A stretch of 26,509 bases of DNA from Candidatus Jordarchaeia archaeon (GTDB lineage Archaea > Asgardarchaeota > Jordiarchaeia > Jordiarchaeales > Jordiarchaeaceae), in assembly GCA_029856435.1 (NCBI GenBank), contig JAHQXB010000055.1, forward strand, positions 1 to 26,509, read 5' to 3'. Below are positions 1 through 10,335 of this stretch, one piece after another. Numbering within the stretch: position 1 is the first letter of the stretch; every line of letters starts with the position of its first letter. The notes beneath the pieces are model-generated. The model was not told the origin of the DNA. It searched no databases and saw nothing but the letters and a program-made list of their open reading frames with translations. Position numbers and translations under genes: made by a program.

Positions 1-241
1 TAAATGATTCGTTTTTTCTTCTACTGTTTTGCAAAAGTGGTGGAAGGCGGTTTTTTAAATCATAGAATAAAAAGTCTTGTTAGATAAACAAAAATATAAT
101 GAATTTAAAATTGCCTTAGCCCTAGAAAATGGGCAATTCTCCAATGTTAGAGTGTTGATTGAAAAGGTATACGAAACTTAAATATAAAACATGCTATTTC
201 ATAAGAATATGTAGGAGGATATAGAATGGAGGTGTGTATTT

Positions 242-934
242 TTGGACGTTTTTGAAGCCATTTATACGAGACGTTCGATTAGGCAGTTTAAAGTTGGTGA
301 AAAGATACCTGAATGGAAAATTGAGAAAATATTGGATGCTGCGCGTCATGCACCATCACCCGAGAATGTACAGGCTTGGAAGTACATTGTCATAAAGGAT
401 CAGAAATCAAAAGAACTTTTGGCAGACTTAGCTCAGGAAACCTCTTCAGGGGCCTTTGGGATGTCAAGATTTGAGATGCCGGCAGACCGATTATGGTATG
501 TGCCTCCACCAGCAAGAGTAGATACCGTTGAGGGTATGTTTGACGGCTCTCTCTTCAGATATCCAGAAATATCGGACACTGTAATTCTTTGTTGCTACTC
601 GGACCACTACTACGATTTGCCCACTATACCTGGTTCAATAAAGGAAATTAACATTGCTGCGCTAAGTATGGCAATACAGAATATGTGGCTTGCAGCTACC
701 GCATTGGGTGTTGGGGCTGGTTGGGACAGTTTCCCCGTTATTGGCGATGAGAGGCGGCGTGAAATGGTTTCAGACTATTTCGGCATTCCTAAGGGTTGGA
801 CGCCTCTGACTGCATTCTGTTTGGGTGTTCCCTTGTATCCAAGAGTGCTAGGTCCCACAAGATATCCAATGGAAGGAGTTGTCTTCAGAGAAGCATGGGG
901 CATCCCATATATTAGGAGTGAGTTAAGAAGGTAA
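242..934 (+). CDS. Nitroreductase family flavoprotein
   Basis: N-terminal 'IYTRRSIRQF', 'ARHAPSPENVQAW' and 'AIQNMWLAATALGVGAGW' match FMN-dependent nitroreductase motifs. TTG start with GGAGGTG RBS at 228-234. Confidence 0.9.
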   Translation: MDVFEAIYTRRSIRQFKVGEKIPEWKIEKILDAARHAPSPENVQAWKYIVIKDQKSKELLADLAQETSSGAFGMSRFEMPADRLWYVPPPARVDTVEGMFDGSLFRYPEISDTVILCCYSDHYYDLPTIPGSIKEINIAALSMAIQNMWLAATALGVGAGWDSFPVIGDERRREMVSDYFGIPKGWTPLTAFCLGVPLYPRVLGPTRYPMEGVVFREAWGIPYIRSELRR

Positions 935-948
935 AGGAGGATTCTGTT

Positions 949-1248
949 ATGCCTTTAACAGTTGATTTGGATGACGATGTTCAAAAGAAGTTTAACGAAA
1001 TTGCTAAGAAGGGTGAAATGTCGCCTGAATCGCTCGCGAAGTATGTGCTCACTTTATGGACTATTAGAGGCGGTGGTGTGGTTCTCGGCAGAAAGAAGGG
1101 CGAGAGACAGCGGGTAGCCATTGATTGGCCTACGGGATTTGACCTGCTCAACAAATCAGGAGATATTTTAACACATATTCCCAAGACTAAGGGTGTATTT
1201 TCTGTTTCGGTTTTAGATAAGGACTGGACTACTTATGGAGGGAAGTGA
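949..1248 (+). CDS. Small protein with N-terminal ribbon-helix-helix-like segment
   Basis: AAGGAGG RBS at 934-940. 'LTVDLDDDVQKKFNEIAKKGEMSPESLAKYVLTLW' has the strand-helix-helix pattern of CopG/RHH proteins. Tightly coupled in the operon. Confidence 0.6.
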   Translation: MPLTVDLDDDVQKKFNEIAKKGEMSPESLAKYVLTLWTIRGGGVVLGRKKGERQRVAIDWPTGFDLLNKSGDILTHIPKTKGVFSVSVLDKDWTTYGGK

Positions 1249-1499
1249 ATATGAGTGAGTGGCTTGGCAAAAGGGAAATTAAGAAAGAGGATCTTTCAGA
1301 GTGGCTTAAGGACATGAAGTTCTTTGGATCTGTTGCCCGCTGGTTTACGCAGATTAATTTACCGCACATTGTTGTAGTTGTGCCTGAAGAGTATATTGAT
1401 GCCTTGGTGAAAAAAGTTGAGGAAAAATACGGCACACTGTCTGCAGGTACACTTAAGAGAGCTGCTTTAGATGCTTTAATTGAATGGATTAAAAAGTGA
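1245..1499 (+). CDS. Small protein with C-terminal ribbon-helix-helix-like segment
   Basis: GTGA overlap with the upstream stop. 'IVVVVPEEYIDALVKKVEEKYGTLSAGTLKRAALDALIEWIKK' resembles small archaeal RHH proteins. The true start may be ATG at 1251. Confidence 0.6.
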   Translation: MNMSEWLGKREIKKEDLSEWLKDMKFFGSVARWFTQINLPHIVVVVPEEYIDALVKKVEEKYGTLSAGTLKRAALDALIEWIKK

Positions 1500-1514
1500 T
1501 TGTGGGGAGATTGT

Positions 1515-1886
1515 ATGGCGGACGTAAAAAAGATTATTGAAGGTTTTAAAAATCTGGTAGATGCCATCAACAAGAGTGATTCGGCGAAGAGTATCCTAAG
1601 AAATTGGCTTAAAGGATACGTAGGTAGAATTCACATGTTTGAAATTGATGATAGAAAGTTCCACATTATTTTTTGGCCAGATAAGGCTAAGTTTGTTGAT
1701 GGGGAGAGTCACACACCAGACTTGGTGATTCGCGCAACAGCCGACGCTTGGACCGATATGGTTACTGGTAAGAAAAAGTGGTCAGACCTTCTTGGGGAAG
1801 GTACGTTGTTTATCATCGGTGCAGCAAACGAAATCCAGCCTTTTATACAGATTGCTATGACTGCTGGAGTTATACCTTCAGGCTAG
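1515..1886 (+). CDS. SCP2 sterol/lipid-binding domain protein
   Basis: 'FHIIF..DKAKFVDGESHTPDLVIRATADAWTDMVTGKKKWSDLLGEGTLFIIG' fits the SCP2 pattern. Start reassigned from 1500 to ATG 1515, which follows the GGGGAG RBS at 1504-1509. Confidence 0.8.
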   Translation: MADVKKIIEGFKNLVDAINKSDSAKSILRNWLKGYVGRIHMFEIDDRKFHIIFWPDKAKFVDGESHTPDLVIRATADAWTDMVTGKKKWSDLLGEGTLFIIGAANEIQPFIQIAMTAGVIPSG

Positions 1887-1896
1887 TGGCCCCACT

Positions 1897-1912
1897 ATTT
1901 TTTTCTTTTTTG
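1897..1912 (+). terminator. Oligo-T archaeal terminator candidate
   Basis: T-rich tract about 10 nt after the SCP2 stop, at the end of the four-gene operon. Confidence 0.5.
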
Positions 1913-2080
1913 CGTTTGTGTGTTCATTCCGATCCTAATTAGCATTGGAGAATATTATGCAATAGCTTAATTCCTTTAGAGCTGTTCAAGTGTATTCGTT
2001 TTTCAACCCTAAACCTTAAAAGTTTTGTTCAATTTATTCTATTGCGTATTATCTGGTAATAATTAATTTGGAGATGGTTT

Positions 2081-3091
2081 ATGCACGTTTTGAAGCCTGT
2101 TTATCATATTGTACGCCCTTTGCTTTCCCTTATTCCCGTCGGTAGTTTTACAATTGGGATTATTGTGTCTTTGTTTGACCCTTTTACGTGGAGCCTTTAT
2201 AGAGATAGTTCTGTTCTTATGATTTTTATTTTATCAGTTCTCTCCCTTCCTGTCTTTTTATTATCTTATTTGGCTGTATTTCTTTTAGGAATTTCTAGTT
2301 CCAGCTTGAACTCATTAGTGGATGCTAGGGATTGCGATTTAAGAGGGTTTAGAAAGGATTACCAGAATCCGGTTGTTTATTGTGGAGTGCCTCCCTTATA
2401 TATGAAAATTATTATTATTTTTTGCTCCGTCGCCAGCCTTGTAATAGGTTTTTACATTTCACTTATATTCGCAGTTATGATTTTTTTTGGGAATTTGATT
2501 TCTATATCCTACTCGTATTATCCTAGGATTAAGGTACGTCCTCCTTTTGATGTTTTATGGAACGCTATTGGTCTTTTTACTTTACCTTTTATTGCGGGTT
2601 GGGTTGTCTATCACGGTTCACCTGAGGCTTTGGCTCATTCGTATCTTACAAATGTTATCCTGTTTTATTTTTTAGGAGTAAGAAATATTGTTGGTGTACT
2701 AGTTTTTATACTATTGGTTAAAACCTTTTGGTTTCCTCTTTTTGAGCTGTTTGGCGGTACTTTAATTGGTGGCGCCTTTTACATTTTGACTGCTACTTTA
2801 GATTATGAAAGTGATAGTGAGACAGGCAACAAAACTATTAGTATTATTTTGGGTAAACGTTACTCGATTCTGCTCAGTCTTGCATTGTACCTTTTTGGAG
2901 CATTGATTATGTTTGAACATTTGATTTTTGATTTGGGAACAGTGGTTCTCTTTTTTTTAATAGCATTTTTTATGGTGTATCTAGTCATCAAACCTGAAAA
3001 ACTGTATGTGTGGAATTTTCTAAAGCTGACTTTAATGGCAACGCTAATTCTCATTTGTGCGGAAATAATTGTAAGGATTTGCATTTCTTAA
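2081..3091 (+). CDS. UbiA-family integral membrane prenyltransferase
   Basis: Multiple hydrophobic helices. Two Asp-rich motifs: 'NSLVDARDCD..NP' and 'LDYESDSETGNKT'. Substrate cannot be assigned from the sequence. Confidence 0.8.
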   Translation: MHVLKPVYHIVRPLLSLIPVGSFTIGIIVSLFDPFTWSLYRDSSVLMIFILSVLSLPVFLLSYLAVFLLGISSSSLNSLVDARDCDLRGFRKDYQNPVVYCGVPPLYMKIIIIFCSVASLVIGFYISLIFAVMIFFGNLISISYSYYPRIKVRPPFDVLWNAIGLFTLPFIAGWVVYHGSPEALAHSYLTNVILFYFLGVRNIVGVLVFILLVKTFWFPLFELFGGTLIGGAFYILTATLDYESDSETGNKTISIILGKRYSILLSLALYLFGALIMFEHLIFDLGTVVLFFLIAFFMVYLVIKPEKLYVWNFLKLTLMATLILICAEIIVRICIS

Positions 3092-3509
3092 AACTGAGAA
3101 TCCCTTCTTGTTAAAATGTTAAACCTTGTTTTCGCATATTTGCCCTAATAAGGAAATCTAGCTAAAAAATGTGAGTGGTTATACCAAGCATTGACAACAT
3201 CAAATGAAGAGGTGAGAGTTAAAATTTTCTTCAATATTGCGTAAAACTCAAAGAGTGCGTAGATATAAAATGTTTTTTTAGATTATGGAGGAGGGTGTTT
3301 AAATATTGCTAATCGAAATCTACTAATGAAATTTTACAAAATCGTTGGCGAGAAAGTATCCAAGTTAAGGGTGGTATAAAAGTTGCTATAGATGATGTTA
3401 CTATAGTTGAGAGTTCATAAGTGAAATTTGGGATTTTTTCGAGATTTGAGAAATGGACACAAAATGTGAATAATTATGTAAAGAGATTAAAAATTGGTGT
3501 TTAAAGTTT

Positions 3510-6443
3510 ATGCTTGTTAGCTGGGATGTAATTATGTCTCTGACATTTTCAATGTACGAATTATTATTGGAGTTGATCCTTTTAACGATTATAATATCCT
3601 GTTTTGCTTTTTCCTTATATACTATTAGTAGAGATTCTCTCCATGTTCTTTCTCGTGGAATTTATGCGAAGGGAATCCGCTATAAGTTTATCATATGTCT
3701 TAGAGTTTCAAATATCCCTAAGGAAGATGCAAAGATGCAAAGGCAGGGCACACCGGAAAATTCAGACAATGTTGCTCAATACGTGCATCAGCACTTAACC
3801 TCGATGTGGAAAAATGTTAAGGAAGCAAGTTATGAGATACATGTAAGAGAAGAGGGTGTGGAAATTTACTTCTATGCTCACCATAGTGGATTTAAAGGCG
3901 AGAAATGTTTTAAAGAGGCTTGGAAAAAGATGCACTCTTTAAAAATCAGTCTTGAGACACGTTTTCCAAATATCGAAACAAAAATCCAAGAATTTGAGGA
4001 TCTGAAAAAAAGGTTTGACATTTTTGATTTTACATCTAAAATGAAGATCAAAAAAAACTTTGTAATTTTTAACAGTAATGGGTCAGAAACTTGGGTGAGC
4101 GTCACTCATATTAAAGGAAAAATAGAATGCACCCCCCAAGAAAAGTACTCTCAGATAGATAGCCTTGTTAGAGGTTTAACAAGGTTGGGAATGGACGCCC
4201 ACTTTATTGTACATTTCAAAGCAGTTAAACCCCCAAAAACAAAAAATATTACTTCTATAAATAAGAAGTTGAAGACCCCTAAGGGAGAAGTTCTTATACA
4301 AATAAATGAAGATAAATTGGATGAAAGGGAAAAGGAAATCGGGCATATTGCAGGTTATTGGGACGTTTCCTCGTATGTTGTCATCAAAACTAATACTGAG
4401 AAAGAAGCTGAAATTCGAGCTATTCAAGTCAAAAACATTTTAAATACAGTTTATTCAGGATCTCACTACAGTCCCCATATAAAAACAATGAGCGGAAGAG
4501 AAATAAAAAGAAAATTGAAGCAAATTGTTTTACGCAAATCTGTGGGCAAAACAGAGAAAATGGCAAGTACGCGACTAGCGGCGTTAACACATTTTCCTGA
4601 AAGGCCAGTACCGGGCATTGAGACTTTTGAATGCCCAGAGTTCGAAATACCTCCACAAACAATATTTAACTATTATAAGGGTATACCAATTTCCTACGTA
4701 CTGTACAAAGATCGCGAAATTTTTACCTGTATGCTGGATCCAGAAGATCTAAGATGTGGTCTTGCAGTTTTAGGTACAGTGGGGAGCGGGAAAACATATT
4801 TCGTAATGAACCTCATTGACAAGTTGCTTAGAGAGAAACAGCTACCGATGCTAATATTTGAAAGCAAGGGTGAATTCGCCGGGCTTGCTAAATTGTTGCC
4901 TCCAGAAATTGCGAAAAATATACTCATAATCTGTCCGGGTAGTAAATTTGCACCCTTAAAAATTAATCTATTTGATCCGGGTGATATGGATGCTGAAGAT
5001 TATGCTCAAAGGTTGTATGGTCTAATAGATGAAACACTTCGTTCACTTTTTCGTATAGACAGTGATCTCTCACTGCAGATGTCAAGGGTATTGTGTGAGG
5101 TGTTACCCCAAGTAATAAAAGAAGAGAGATACAGAAACTTTGATGCCTTAGGTAAACTACTTAGTGATTATGCTGAGAGTAAGAGGCAAACTGTGCCTTT
5201 CGTTGATAGCACTATACTTGCTTTAGACGCTCGCTTAGGAGTTTTTCGTCAAGGAATTCTGGGTAGTGTTTTTAATGTGAATAAGAGCAATATTAGCCTT
5301 GACGACCTCCTGAAGAAGGTAATTGTGATAGATTTTAGTTATTTACTATCGCAAGGAGGAACTAAGGAAGATACACAGATTATTATGAATCTCATTATGC
5401 TCCAAGTTTTTCAGGCTGGATTAAGAAGAATAAATGTAGAAGAATTAAAGCACTTAGTTGTAGTGGACGATGCCCGTTTTCTAGTTCCTGAAATATTTAG
5501 ACGCCGCAGTAGTGGAGATACTACCATAGTTGAAGATATGATTACAATTGAACGAGGAAAAGGACAAGGCTTAATTCTGATATGTCAAGATCCTGCAATA
5601 TCAAAAGTGGTCCTTGCTAATTGTAACACTCGTGTCGTTTTTCGAATAGCATTTAAGTCTCTAGAAGAGGAAGAATACATTAGATTGGGGCTAAATATTA
5701 CAGATACACAGAAGAGCCATCTGGTCGCTCAACCTAGGCGGGAAGCAATTATGAAATTAGCCGAATACCCCTATCCCTTCAGGATTAGAACACTAAACTA
5801 TCATTGCCCAAAAATTACCTTCCAAGATATAGAAGAACACAATAGGAAACATCACAAAGAATTATATGTTGATGAAGAAATAGAACAAGAAAAGATCTGT
5901 GAACTTGAGTTAAGTCGAGATGAAAAAAATATTCATGAAATTTTATCTTGGATATTAACCCACGAATATATCACAGTTGACACCGCAAAAGAACTAGTTA
6001 AACTGGACTACTTTAAGACTCGCGAATTGTTAGACGCCCTGCATAAGGGAAATGAACTTTTTAAAACAACATACTTTTCTCCTATAAGTGGAAAACAAAT
6101 ACTCTACCATACAAATGACAATGCTTTTCTAGCATTTATGGGTGATGAATTGAGGAAATTCGCATTAAATAATAAACTCGACGCCCCAGTACAAATATTA
6201 AAAAAATGTGAAAAAAGCAAAATAATTAAAGAAGTCTCCTCGCCTGAATTTAAAGAGGGGGTAATAGTAACTTTTGAAGGAAAAACAGCGACCCAAATCA
6301 AAGAATGGTTGAAGGAGAAGAGCAATTATAAAATAATTAGCTTTACTGAGAAGGGACTCCGAGAATTAAAAACATTTATCGAAAAATTAAAAAATAGAAA
6401 CAATAGGTTCCGTTTTATCGCCATAGAGCGAATAGTTAACTAA
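3510..6443 (+). CDS. HerA/VirB4/FtsK-superfamily ATPase with N-terminal transmembrane helix and C-terminal winged-helix-like region
   Basis: Walker A 'GTVGSGKT' and Walker B-like 'VVVDDAR'. 'ERGKGQGLILICQDP' and 'ANCNTRVVFR' are typical of HerA/DUF87 proteins. Hydrophobic stretch at about residues 17-37. Start uncertain (3510, 3534 or 3552). Confidence 0.8.
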   Translation: MLVSWDVIMSLTFSMYELLLELILLTIIISCFAFSLYTISRDSLHVLSRGIYAKGIRYKFIICLRVSNIPKEDAKMQRQGTPENSDNVAQYVHQHLTSMWKNVKEASYEIHVREEGVEIYFYAHHSGFKGEKCFKEAWKKMHSLKISLETRFPNIETKIQEFEDLKKRFDIFDFTSKMKIKKNFVIFNSNGSETWVSVTHIKGKIECTPQEKYSQIDSLVRGLTRLGMDAHFIVHFKAVKPPKTKNITSINKKLKTPKGEVLIQINEDKLDEREKEIGHIAGYWDVSSYVVIKTNTEKEAEIRAIQVKNILNTVYSGSHYSPHIKTMSGREIKRKLKQIVLRKSVGKTEKMASTRLAALTHFPERPVPGIETFECPEFEIPPQTIFNYYKGIPISYVLYKDREIFTCMLDPEDLRCGLAVLGTVGSGKTYFVMNLIDKLLREKQLPMLIFESKGEFAGLAKLLPPEIAKNILIICPGSKFAPLKINLFDPGDMDAEDYAQRLYGLIDETLRSLFRIDSDLSLQMSRVLCEVLPQVIKEERYRNFDALGKLLSDYAESKRQTVPFVDSTILALDARLGVFRQGILGSVFNVNKSNISLDDLLKKVIVIDFSYLLSQGGTKEDTQIIMNLIMLQVFQAGLRRINVEELKHLVVVDDARFLVPEIFRRRSSGDTTIVEDMITIERGKGQGLILICQDPAISKVVLANCNTRVVFRIAFKSLEEEEYIRLGLNITDTQKSHLVAQPRREAIMKLAEYPYPFRIRTLNYHCPKITFQDIEEHNRKHHKELYVDEEIEQEKICELELSRDEKNIHEILSWILTHEYITVDTAKELVKLDYFKTRELLDALHKGNELFKTTYFSPISGKQILYHTNDNAFLAFMGDELRKFALNNKLDAPVQILKKCEKSKIIKEVSSPEFKEGVIVTFEGKTATQIKEWLKEKSNYKIISFTEKGLRELKTFIEKLKNRNNRFRFIAIERIVN

Positions 6444-6493
6444 TCTTATTGACCCTCCATGCTACTAAAGTCGGGACCTTCTCACCAATGATT

Positions 6494-6653
6494 TTGTGAT
6501 ACTCCCGTAAATTATCGCAATTTGAAAAGCGCTTTGCGCAGTGTAGATTCGTTCGATTTCGCCTTCGAAAGAAGCTTTCATAGGGCTTCTTTTATGATTT
6601 AAGAGCCTCGAAATGAGGGGTAGAATCGGACTAATCTACACCACCAGCGCTTT
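6494..6653 (+). ncRNA. Putative structured RNA or MITE-like inverted-repeat element
   Basis: Nested inverted repeats read by eye: 6526-6533/6646-6653, 6541-6549/6633-6641, 6552-6558/6624-6630, 6564-6568/6608-6612 and 6578-6582/6593-6597. A separate stem lies at 6494-6501/6513-6520. Several imperfect positions are G-U pairs on the + strand. Confidence 0.45.
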
Positions 6654-6897
6654 GAAAAATTAATTTTTATGAAGGAGCAACTTTATAATACCCAAATTCA
6701 TCACCCAATGAGTCATTTACCTGAAAATATTTTTTAGTTAAATGGGAAACACGTTATAAATTAAAAATATTATGAGGGATAATCAAAAGGGGGAAATGAC
6801 AAAAAGGTCAAAAATTTTGATCTAATTAGAAAATCCGATAGAATGTTTAAGTAATCTGAAACCAAATTAGTTCTTGATTCTATGATTTGATAGAAGT

Positions 6898-8127
6898 TTA
6901 ACTGTGTTTATACGCCCTTTTTAAAGCTTCAATTCCTGGTAACTCCTCTTTGGTCAGAAAGCTTATGAATGCTTTACCTGCAGTGCTTATATAGGATACT
7001 TTGCTAGCTAAGCCAAATTTTTCTAGCGCTGCTATTGTATGCCCCCCACCAACGAGGGAGAACGCCTTTGAGTTTGCAACTGCCTCAAGAAGTTTATGTG
7101 TTCCTATTTCAAATGGAGGCTCTTCGTATACTCCCGCTGGACCATTGAAAACAATGGTATTGGCGTCCTTCAATATTTTGGTATATTCCTCTATTGTTTT
7201 GCTGCCAATATCCTTAATTGGTCTATTTAAGGGTAATTTGTCGATGGGGATCTCTAAGCGTTTTCCACCGTCATCAACGGCAACATCTTTTATCATTTCA
7301 ATTATGTTGTTGTGTTCATCTAAAAGTTTTTGAACCTCGGGGATTTTTTCTATCAGTCCTTTGGAAGAAATCATTTCTTTATTTACTTCTCCTATATCAA
7401 TGCCTTCGGCTAGAAGACATAGGTAAGAGATTATACCGATAGGTAAGATTCTGTCTGCGTTTTTGATATCCAAAACTTTTTTCATTATTTGATAACTATC
7501 CTCAGCTTTCATTCCGCCCAAGACATATACTGATGGTCTTTTAGGATTCTCTGTGGCATTGAGAATCGAGTTGACCTCTTGTTCCATGACTCTTCCAGCG
7601 GCAGAGGGTAAGACATATGTAAAACCGACAATAGAGGTATGATTTCTGTGAGCCGCTGAAAAGGCGTCATTAACGTATATGTCTGATACGCGCGAAAGTT
7701 GCTGAACCATAGGTGAATTGATTTGTTCTTTTACAGTCTTCGCACCGGTTTCCTCATCACAGAAGCGTACATTCTCCAGTAACAGTATTTCCCCACTTTT
7801 CATACTTTTTATTTGGTTTATAACTTTTTCACCATAAACTTCATTAATGTATTTCACGGGTCTATTCAAAATTTCGCTAAGCAACTTTCCGTGTTGTTCC
7901 AAGGGTAAGAAGTCATCGTCACCCCTTCGTCCTTGATGCGCCAGAACAACAATCTTTGCACCATTATTCGCCAGCTCTAGCAAGGTTTTTGCATGTGCTG
8001 TAAATCGCCTAGTATCAGTAATTTTTTTTGTCCCAAGATCTATAGGAGAGTTGATGTCAACTCGAACAAGCACCGTCTTGTCTTTAAATTCGAAATCGTC
8101 AAGTGTGTAAAATTTTTTCTCAGCCAC
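6898..8127 (-). CDS. pgk: Phosphoglycerate kinase (archaeal type)
   Basis: 'KTVLVRVDINSP', 'LAHQGR', 'LLENVRF', 'YVNDAFSAAHR', 'NGPAGVYE' and 'GGGHT'. GTG start with AGGGGAG RBS at 8134-8140 (minus strand). Confidence 0.97.
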   Translation of the reverse strand: MAEKKFYTLDDFEFKDKTVLVRVDINSPIDLGTKKITDTRRFTAHAKTLLELANNGAKIVVLAHQGRRGDDDFLPLEQHGKLLSEILNRPVKYINEVYGEKVINQIKSMKSGEILLLENVRFCDEETGAKTVKEQINSPMVQQLSRVSDIYVNDAFSAAHRNHTSIVGFTYVLPSAAGRVMEQEVNSILNATENPKRPSVYVLGGMKAEDSYQIMKKVLDIKNADRILPIGIISYLCLLAEGIDIGEVNKEMISSKGLIEKIPEVQKLLDEHNNIIEMIKDVAVDDGGKRLEIPIDKLPLNRPIKDIGSKTIEEYTKILKDANTIVFNGPAGVYEEPPFEIGTHKLLEAVANSKAFSLVGGGHTIAALEKFGLASKVSYISTAGKAFISFLTKEELPGIEALKRAYKHS

Positions 8128-8288
8128 TTGAAGCTCCCCTTTTTGATTAAGACAAAATTACGTCTCGCTCATCTATTATAAAAAGTTTATTAGGCGCTCA
8201 AACAAAAACTATTATTTCAAAAATCTTCTTATAACTAAAAATACAAATAATAAATCTATTATTGCATTGCCTTTTAATTTAATACTCA

Positions 8289-8843
8289 TTAGAAGCAAGT
8301 TTTTCTGAGAACCCTCTTTTTCTTTGGTCTCCAATATTTCCACTTAGTATCCCAGGATTTCCAGCCCGTTTTAACATATTTTTCCCTGCTCCCCAAATCC
8401 TCCATGACCCAGTTTATCAAGGCATAAAATCTATCACGCCCACTCTTCAAAGTCAAGGTCTCCCTTGGTACTCCCAATTCCGCATAATAATCCAAAAGGG
8501 AGTTTTCAATTAATTCTTGTAATTTTCCTTCAATACGTGTTGGTTTCACTTTGTAGCCCTCCTCCATAAGGGTCAGGCGAATCTCGCTCAAGACTGATCC
8601 AGTACAAATCTCTATCTCCTCCTCCTTAGAAACCTTAAGCTCCTCTAAAGCTTTCTTTGCTAATTTGAGGGCCTCCTTAAGATATGTTTTCCTATCAAAA
8701 TTGGGAGGGCGGAAATGAATAACATCAATCAATTTAACAACATATTCGCCTGTTTCCTTCCTGAAAAAACCTAATAAACAGCCGCCTACGAGATCCCCCC
8801 ATCCAGCATCATCAATTTGAATAACCATGAAAACCACACTCAA
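8289..8843 (-). CDS. Conserved archaeal protein with RNase H-like N-terminus
   Basis: 'IQIDDAGWGDLVGG' parallels the RNase HII 'GIDEAGRG...G' first strand. Basic, Trp-rich C-terminus. Function not assignable. Confidence 0.6.
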   Translation of the reverse strand: MSVVFMVIQIDDAGWGDLVGGCLLGFFRKETGEYVVKLIDVIHFRPPNFDRKTYLKEALKLAKKALEELKVSKEEEIEICTGSVLSEIRLTLMEEGYKVKPTRIEGKLQELIENSLLDYYAELGVPRETLTLKSGRDRFYALINWVMEDLGSREKYVKTGWKSWDTKWKYWRPKKKRVLRKTCF

Positions 8844-8940
8844 AACTTAAATAATTTAATATATAAATTAAACTGTATTGTTTGTCTCTTACCAAACTGT
8901 TTTATCCAAAAAATTTTTGGTGGTTAACTGCCAAAAATAA

Positions 8941-9996
<1,056 letters not shown>

Positions 9997-10335
9997 TCAT
10001 ACATAACTGCATTAAAAACGAACTTCCCTTTCACTTTTTCCGGCTGGTTCAAATATTGAAAGTATCCTCTTGAATCCGTCCTTTCTTGGGTTAGACTCAC
10101 AAACTAAGAAAACAACAATATATAGAAAAACTATAATAAATGAAATATTAAACAACTAAAAAATAAAACTTAAGGCTTCATTCCATACAAGTAACGAAAT
10201 ACGAAGATAAAACTTCCATAATACGATACAAAGAATAGTTGAATCCTACTCTATACAGTGGCTAAAACTAGTGACACTTTTAAGTTAGGTAAATGAAAAA
10301 TTGTATAAAGGGATATACAATTAATCCGGCAGAAG

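Noticed and set aside
3313-3420. Stop-to-stop frame ...RWRESIQVKGGIKVAIDDVTIVESS* resembling the 'AIDD(T)' first motif of IS4/IS701-like transposases
   Set aside because: Only 35 codons, no start, and no inverted repeats found. It could be a decayed remnant but cannot be supported without a search.
6541-6548. GTGTAGAT matching the end of Cas12a-type CRISPR repeats
   Set aside because: Only 8 nt, no repeat-spacer periodicity, and no cas genes. No CRISPR array is present in the window.
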